Source of the DNA: Clostridiaceae bacterium
Lineage (GTDB): Bacteria; Bacillota; Clostridia; Saccharofermentanales; UBA5734
NCBI GenBank assembly: GCA_034927345.1
Contig: JAYFQE010000002.1
Location: forward strand, 99,615 to 163,614
Reading direction: 5' to 3'
DNA length: 64,000 nt
Shown: positions 59,907 to 64,000 of the stretch, piece by piece
Position numbering within the stretch: the stretch's first letter is position 1
How the letters are laid out: every line of letters starts with the position of its first letter
Position numbers and translations under genes: made by a program
Notes under the pieces: model-generated
The model's database searches: none
Told to the model about the DNA's origin: nothing
Seen by the model: only the letters and a program-made list of their open reading frames with translations

Positions 59907-60755
59907 ATGAGAGTATTAGTAACAGGTTATAACGGGCAACTGGGATATGATGTCATCAAGCGGCTGACTGCCCGCGGTATCGAATGTAAGGGCGTGGATA
60001 TCGATGATTTTGATTTGACCGATGCTCAGGCGACAGAAGCATATATCAAAACCTATGCTCCGACCGATGTCATTCACTGCGCTGCTTATACCGCGGTGGA
60101 TCGTGCGGAAGAAACGAAAGAACTCTGTTATGCGGTCAATGTCAACGGAACGGAAAACGTTGCGCAGGCCTGCAAGCATGTTCATGCCCGGATGGTCTAC
60201 ATCAGTACAGACTATGTTTTTTCCGGCGAGGGAGATGCTCCGTTTGAAGTAGACGCGCCTAAAGCTCCCCAAAGTCAATATGGCCTGACCAAATTACTAG
60301 GCGAAGAAAAAGTCAAAGCCTATCTGAACCAATATTTTATTATCCGCATATCCTGGGTGTTTGGCGTTAACGGCAAGAATTTTATCAAGACCATGTTGCG
60401 TTTAGGTGCTGAAAAAAGTGAGTTGACTGTCGTTAATGACCAAATCGGTTCGCCAACCTATACCTATGATTTAGCGATCCTCATTGCCGATCTGATTGCT
60501 ACAGATCATTATGGCACTTATCACGCCACCAACGAAGGTTATTGTAGCTGGTATGAATTTGCCTGTGCCATTATGAAGGAAGCCGGCCTGCCGATGGTGA
60601 TAAAACCGGTTACTTCGGACCAATATCCTGCTAAGGCTGTTCGTCCGAAAAATTCGCGTCTATCAAAAGCCAGTCTTGATCAGATCGGTTTGGCTCGGCT
60701 GCCATCCTGGCAGGATGCGCTCAAACGGTATCTGGTTGAGTTAAAAGAACGCTGA
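59907..60755 (+). CDS. rfbD: dTDP-4-dehydrorhamnose reductase
   Basis: MRVLVTGYNGQLG, ISTDYVFSG and YGLTKLLGE. The ATG at 59907 is preferred over the TTG at 59901. Confidence 0.93.
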   Translation: MRVLVTGYNGQLGYDVIKRLTARGIECKGVDIDDFDLTDAQATEAYIKTYAPTDVIHCAAYTAVDRAEETKELCYAVNVNGTENVAQACKHVHARMVYISTDYVFSGEGDAPFEVDAPKAPQSQYGLTKLLGEEKVKAYLNQYFIIRISWVFGVNGKNFIKTMLRLGAEKSELTVVNDQIGSPTYTYDLAILIADLIATDHYGTYHATNEGYCSWYEFACAIMKEAGLPMVIKPVTSDQYPAKAVRPKNSRLSKASLDQIGLARLPSWQDALKRYLVELKER

Positions 60756-60760
60756 GTTCA

Positions 60761-61636
60761 ATGAATACAAAAGCTGTATCTGCAGAACCGGCGACAGGAT
60801 GTATCATTGTCCTTTATAATAAGGTATGCGATTGTATATCATCTTTACAGACGCTTCTCCATGACTGTTCTGGCGTTCTTCAATTTTGCGTTGCGGATAA
60901 CAGCACCGATGGGGCGATAAAAGGCAAAAATGAGGCCTGGTGTTTTCAACATCATGTCCTCTATATCGACATGGCAGGCAATAAGGGCTTGTCGAAAGCA
61001 TATAACCGCGCGTTGAACCTTGTAGCCAGCCAATGGGGCTGGATAGTCTTACTCGATGACGATACGCTAATAACAACCGAATATTTTAAACAGCTCAATC
61101 AATATAGAGTCATGTATCCTGAAACAGACATATTTCTGCCGCTGGTTTATGATCAAAAAGGTTTGTTGTCGCCATGCCTGATTCGCCATGGCCGATTCAC
61201 CCGTTTGACAAGACGGGACCTGGACCGTTCCGTCCTCCGGCATGGACCTGGCCGGCTTTCTGCCATTAATAGCGGCTTAGCCATAAAAGCGGCCTGTTTT
61301 AAGGATTATCGATATGATGAACACTTGTTTTTAGATTGTATTGACCATTTGTTCCTTTCAGAAATGAAAACCGCAAAAGCGCAGATAAACCTGCTGGATA
61401 TTCATTTACAGCATGACTTTGCCGATAATTTAGCCAATAAAGACGAAGCGCTCAAGCGGTTTAAAATATATGCCTGTGATTATCAGTATTTTTGCAGTAA
61501 AATTGATTTACCGCGTTTATATTGCCGATTCCTTTTAATTTGCCGGGCCATAAAGTTAAGCCTTAAATATAAGAACGTAACATTTATATCAGTACTTCGG
61601 GGATGCAAATCTCCCGGACAACTTCTGCGAGGTTAA
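60761..61636 (+). CDS. family 2 glycosyltransferase (rhamnosyltransferase-like context)
   Basis: GCIIVLYNK, VADNSTD and VLLDDDT (DxD). Directly downstream of rfbABCD-type genes. Confidence 0.7.
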   Translation: MNTKAVSAEPATGCIIVLYNKVCDCISSLQTLLHDCSGVLQFCVADNSTDGAIKGKNEAWCFQHHVLYIDMAGNKGLSKAYNRALNLVASQWGWIVLLDDDTLITTEYFKQLNQYRVMYPETDIFLPLVYDQKGLLSPCLIRHGRFTRLTRRDLDRSVLRHGPGRLSAINSGLAIKAACFKDYRYDEHLFLDCIDHLFLSEMKTAKAQINLLDIHLQHDFADNLANKDEALKRFKIYACDYQYFCSKIDLPRLYCRFLLICRAIKLSLKYKNVTFISVLRGCKSPGQLLRG

Positions 61637-61638
61637 AT

Positions 61639-63072
61639 ATGCAGCTGCTTGATGAATCGTCGAAATCAAGAAAAATCGAACTCACTTTTATTAAGCTGGC
61701 CTTGATCTTTGGCATATTATTTGTATTCTTAACGCCGCCGATGCAATCGCCGGATGAAGACAGCCATTACAGGAAAAGTGTCTCGATAGCTTTCGGATAT
61801 CTGCTGCCGCAAGGCACAACGGGTTCCGCAACCATGAAAATACCAAAAGCAGCGTTGGATTTTGCCAGCGCCTATAATGGACTGATCGGAAATATGGACC
61901 AAAAGTACACCTTTTCGCAAATGGTCTTTTCGAATTGGCTGCCGGCCGATTGGAGTCAGGTTGTTGATGTGCCTTATTCAACAGCCGAAAGTTGTTTCAT
62001 CCTGCATCTGCCCCAGGCAGCCGGCATGGTAATCGGCCGTTTATTGTCATTTGTTCTTGGCAAAAACAGTTTTACGCCCATTACGGCAATGTATATGGGG
62101 CGTTTGGGTAATTTGCTGTTTTACATCTTTTTAATTACGCTGGCAATAAAGCTGTCTCCGGTTTATAAAAGACTGATCTTTGCAGCAGGACTATTGCCGA
62201 CGATGCTGTTTCTGGCTTCAACGGAGAGTTATGATGTCTTTGCTTATGGCGGCGTAACTTTATTGATCGCCTATATATTAAATCTTTGGCATAATAAAAA
62301 AATCGCCAATATATCATACAAAGAACATTTGATCCTTGCATTCATCGCTCTACTGATTGTACTGGGAAAATTCGTTTATATTCCCGCGATTTTATTAGCC
62401 TTATTTATTCCGAGCAGCAAATACCGTTCCCTGAAAAATAAAATCCTGTGCAATGTATTAACAGGCGGTGTCATTCTGGCCTTATATCTGTTGTTTAAAA
62501 CCGTTAATGGAATTTATCTTAACGCTGCTGCCGGCGGAGCGAGCCAATCCAGCCAGCAGGTCGCTTTTATTCTGGCCAATCCTTTTCAATTTATCTGGAT
62601 CGTCTTAAGGACGATAAAAAATATGGCTTTCCTGTATCTGAAAAATGGATTAGCAACCCTGGGGGCCATAGACACCAACTTCCCTTCGATTATTGTAATC
62701 TTTGTTATTTTCTATCTATTGTTCATGATCTTGGCCGACGGGCTTCATTCCGTAAACAACGGCATCGGGTATCGCCTCGCCATCTTGGCTATGACTCTGG
62801 GCATTGTTGGTCTGATTGAAGCGGCCTTATATGTCAGCTGGACTTCTTTGCCGCAATATGGCGGCGTTGGCGCGCCCATCGTGGACGGCGTGCAAGGCAG
62901 ATATTTTTTACCGTTGATACCAATCTTTGCCCAATTGTTTTCTTTTAAACCATCCGGAAACAAAATCCGTGAGAAACTGGACAATATGGCAGAAACAATC
63001 TATGTTCCGTGCAGTAAATTTTTCCTGGCAGCATCCGGCTTTATCTTGCTGCTGAGATACTGGGTCGGGTAA
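61639..63072 (+). CDS. DUF2142-type polytopic membrane protein (candidate GT-C-like transferase)
   Basis: About 12 helices. The conserved PPMQSPDEDSHY element after the first helix is typical of DUF2142. The ATG at 61639 lies just after the GT2 stop. Confidence 0.6.
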   Translation: MQLLDESSKSRKIELTFIKLALIFGILFVFLTPPMQSPDEDSHYRKSVSIAFGYLLPQGTTGSATMKIPKAALDFASAYNGLIGNMDQKYTFSQMVFSNWLPADWSQVVDVPYSTAESCFILHLPQAAGMVIGRLLSFVLGKNSFTPITAMYMGRLGNLLFYIFLITLAIKLSPVYKRLIFAAGLLPTMLFLASTESYDVFAYGGVTLLIAYILNLWHNKKIANISYKEHLILAFIALLIVLGKFVYIPAILLALFIPSSKYRSLKNKILCNVLTGGVILALYLLFKTVNGIYLNAAAGGASQSSQQVAFILANPFQFIWIVLRTIKNMAFLYLKNGLATLGAIDTNFPSIIVIFVIFYLLFMILADGLHSVNNGIGYRLAILAMTLGIVGLIEAALYVSWTSLPQYGGVGAPIVDGVQGRYFLPLIPIFAQLFSFKPSGNKIREKLDNMAETIYVPCSKFFLAASGFILLLRYWVG

Positions 63073-63105
63073 TGATTAACTTCGGTTATTGATGGGGGTT
63101 CATGA

Positions 63106-63879
63106 ATGAAATATATCGCCAATTTCCTAAAATATAAGTATTTGCTGCATGAATTGGTATCGCGGGATATCAAAACAAAGTACCGCCGTTCGGTCTTGGG
63201 ACTGTTGTGGACTGTTTTGAACCCCATGCTGATGATGCTGGTTCTGACTTTTGTATTTTCGAAATTATTTCGGTTCGATATTGAAAATTTCCCTGTCTAT
63301 CTGCTTTGCGGACAACTAATCTTCAATTATTTTGCCGACTCTACAGCGAATGCCATGAATGCGATCATTTTTAATGCTTCACTCATCAAGAAAGTCTATG
63401 TGCCGCATTATATGTTTCCATTATCGCGGGTGGCCTCGTCGCTCATCAGCATGCTGGCGTCGTATTGTGCCATGATTATTGTTATTTTGGTAACCAAAAC
63501 GCCGCTTTACAACATGGTTCTGCTATCCTTTATCCCCATCGTGCTGGTTGCCTTGTTTTCAACCGGTGTCGGATTGTTTCTTTCCGCATTAGCCGTGCAG
63601 TTTCGGGATGTCGTTCATTTATATTCTGTCTTTCTGACGGCGTTAACTTATGTGACACCCGTTTTTTACCCGATATCCATTCTCCCGGAAAAGGTGAGAA
63701 GAGTTGTCGAAATGAATCCGATGACCGTCTACATCGAGATGTTTCGTGACCTGATGATGCATAATACTTTTCCTGACGCTTTTACTCTCGCAAAAGGTGT
63801 TATTTTTTGCATAGTGAGCCTGACTGTCGGCCTCTATGTATTTTATAAACGACACGATTCGTTTATTCTTTATATATAA
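63106..63879 (+). CDS. ABC-2 type polysaccharide/teichoic-acid export permease (Wzm/TagG-like)
   Basis: 257 aa. The N-terminal YKYLLHELVSRDIKTKYRRSVLGLLWTVLNP signature of ABC-2 exporters, with 6 helices. Confidence 0.85.
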   Translation: MKYIANFLKYKYLLHELVSRDIKTKYRRSVLGLLWTVLNPMLMMLVLTFVFSKLFRFDIENFPVYLLCGQLIFNYFADSTANAMNAIIFNASLIKKVYVPHYMFPLSRVASSLISMLASYCAMIIVILVTKTPLYNMVLLSFIPIVLVALFSTGVGLFLSALAVQFRDVVHLYSVFLTALTYVTPVFYPISILPEKVRRVVEMNPMTVYIEMFRDLMMHNTFPDAFTLAKGVIFCIVSLTVGLYVFYKRHDSFILYI

Positions 63880-63896
63880 TGAGGGAGGCCAACAGA

Positions 63897-64000
63897 GTGC
63901 CAGATATTATTCTTGATGTAAATAATGTATCGATGAAATTTAATCTTTCGAGAGAACGGGTTGACAGCTTGAAAGAGTATTTCATTAAGTACATAAAAGG
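63897..64000 (+). CDS. ABC transporter ATP-binding protein (Wzt/TagH-like), 5' fragment
   Basis: GAGGGAGG RBS 8 nt before the GTG at 63897. The N-terminus (DIILDVNNVSMKFNLSRERVDSLKEYF) resembles Wzt/TagH. Truncated by the window edge before the Walker A motif. Confidence 0.6.
   Translation, partial: MPDIILDVNNVSMKFNLSRERVDSLKEYFIKYIK

Overview
Chromosomal 64-kb window with no rRNA, tRNA, CRISPR array, transposase or integrase that I can see. The regulatory RNAs and gene content look like Bacillota: a Val T-box leader ahead of valS, an M-box Mg2+ riboswitch ahead of corA, a sortase, and a yabE-like G5/3D gene next to rsmA. The sequence alone does not show whether the host is monoderm or a diderm Negativicute. 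The first ~36.9 kb is mostly GC-rich housekeeping: valS, class II fba, argG-argH, htpG, single-chain purL, GTP-type PEP carboxykinase, rsmA, zapA, a U32 peptidase and dut. Mixed in are some less usual pieces: a decayed SGNH hydrolase, a RACo-like corrinoid activase translationally coupled to 5-formyl-THF cyclo-ligase, an ACT/UPF0210/TPR operon, and two unknown envelope proteins. From 36.9 kb to the window edge lies one large surface-glycan locus of mixed composition. It encodes three nucleotide-sugar pathways: CDP-3,6-dideoxyhexose with a YerE-like thiamine-diphosphate enzyme, GDP-D-rhamnose type, and dTDP-L-rhamnose. It also has three polyprenyl-phosphate-type GT2 enzymes, two GtrA-like proteins, three polytopic GT-C-like membrane proteins, a Wzx flippase and an ABC (Wzm/Wzt) exporter. 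Two leads stand out. First, an eight-gene operon appears to route a CDP-activated, possibly branched 3,6-dideoxy sugar through a Gtr-type lipid-carrier module, with no E3 reductase gene nearby. Second, an M-box riboswitch and consensus promoter sit inside the locus and head an operon that joins a CorA variant (GQN instead of GMN) to the flippase and three glycosyltransferases. All functional calls rest on motif and architecture recognition by eye. No database search was run.
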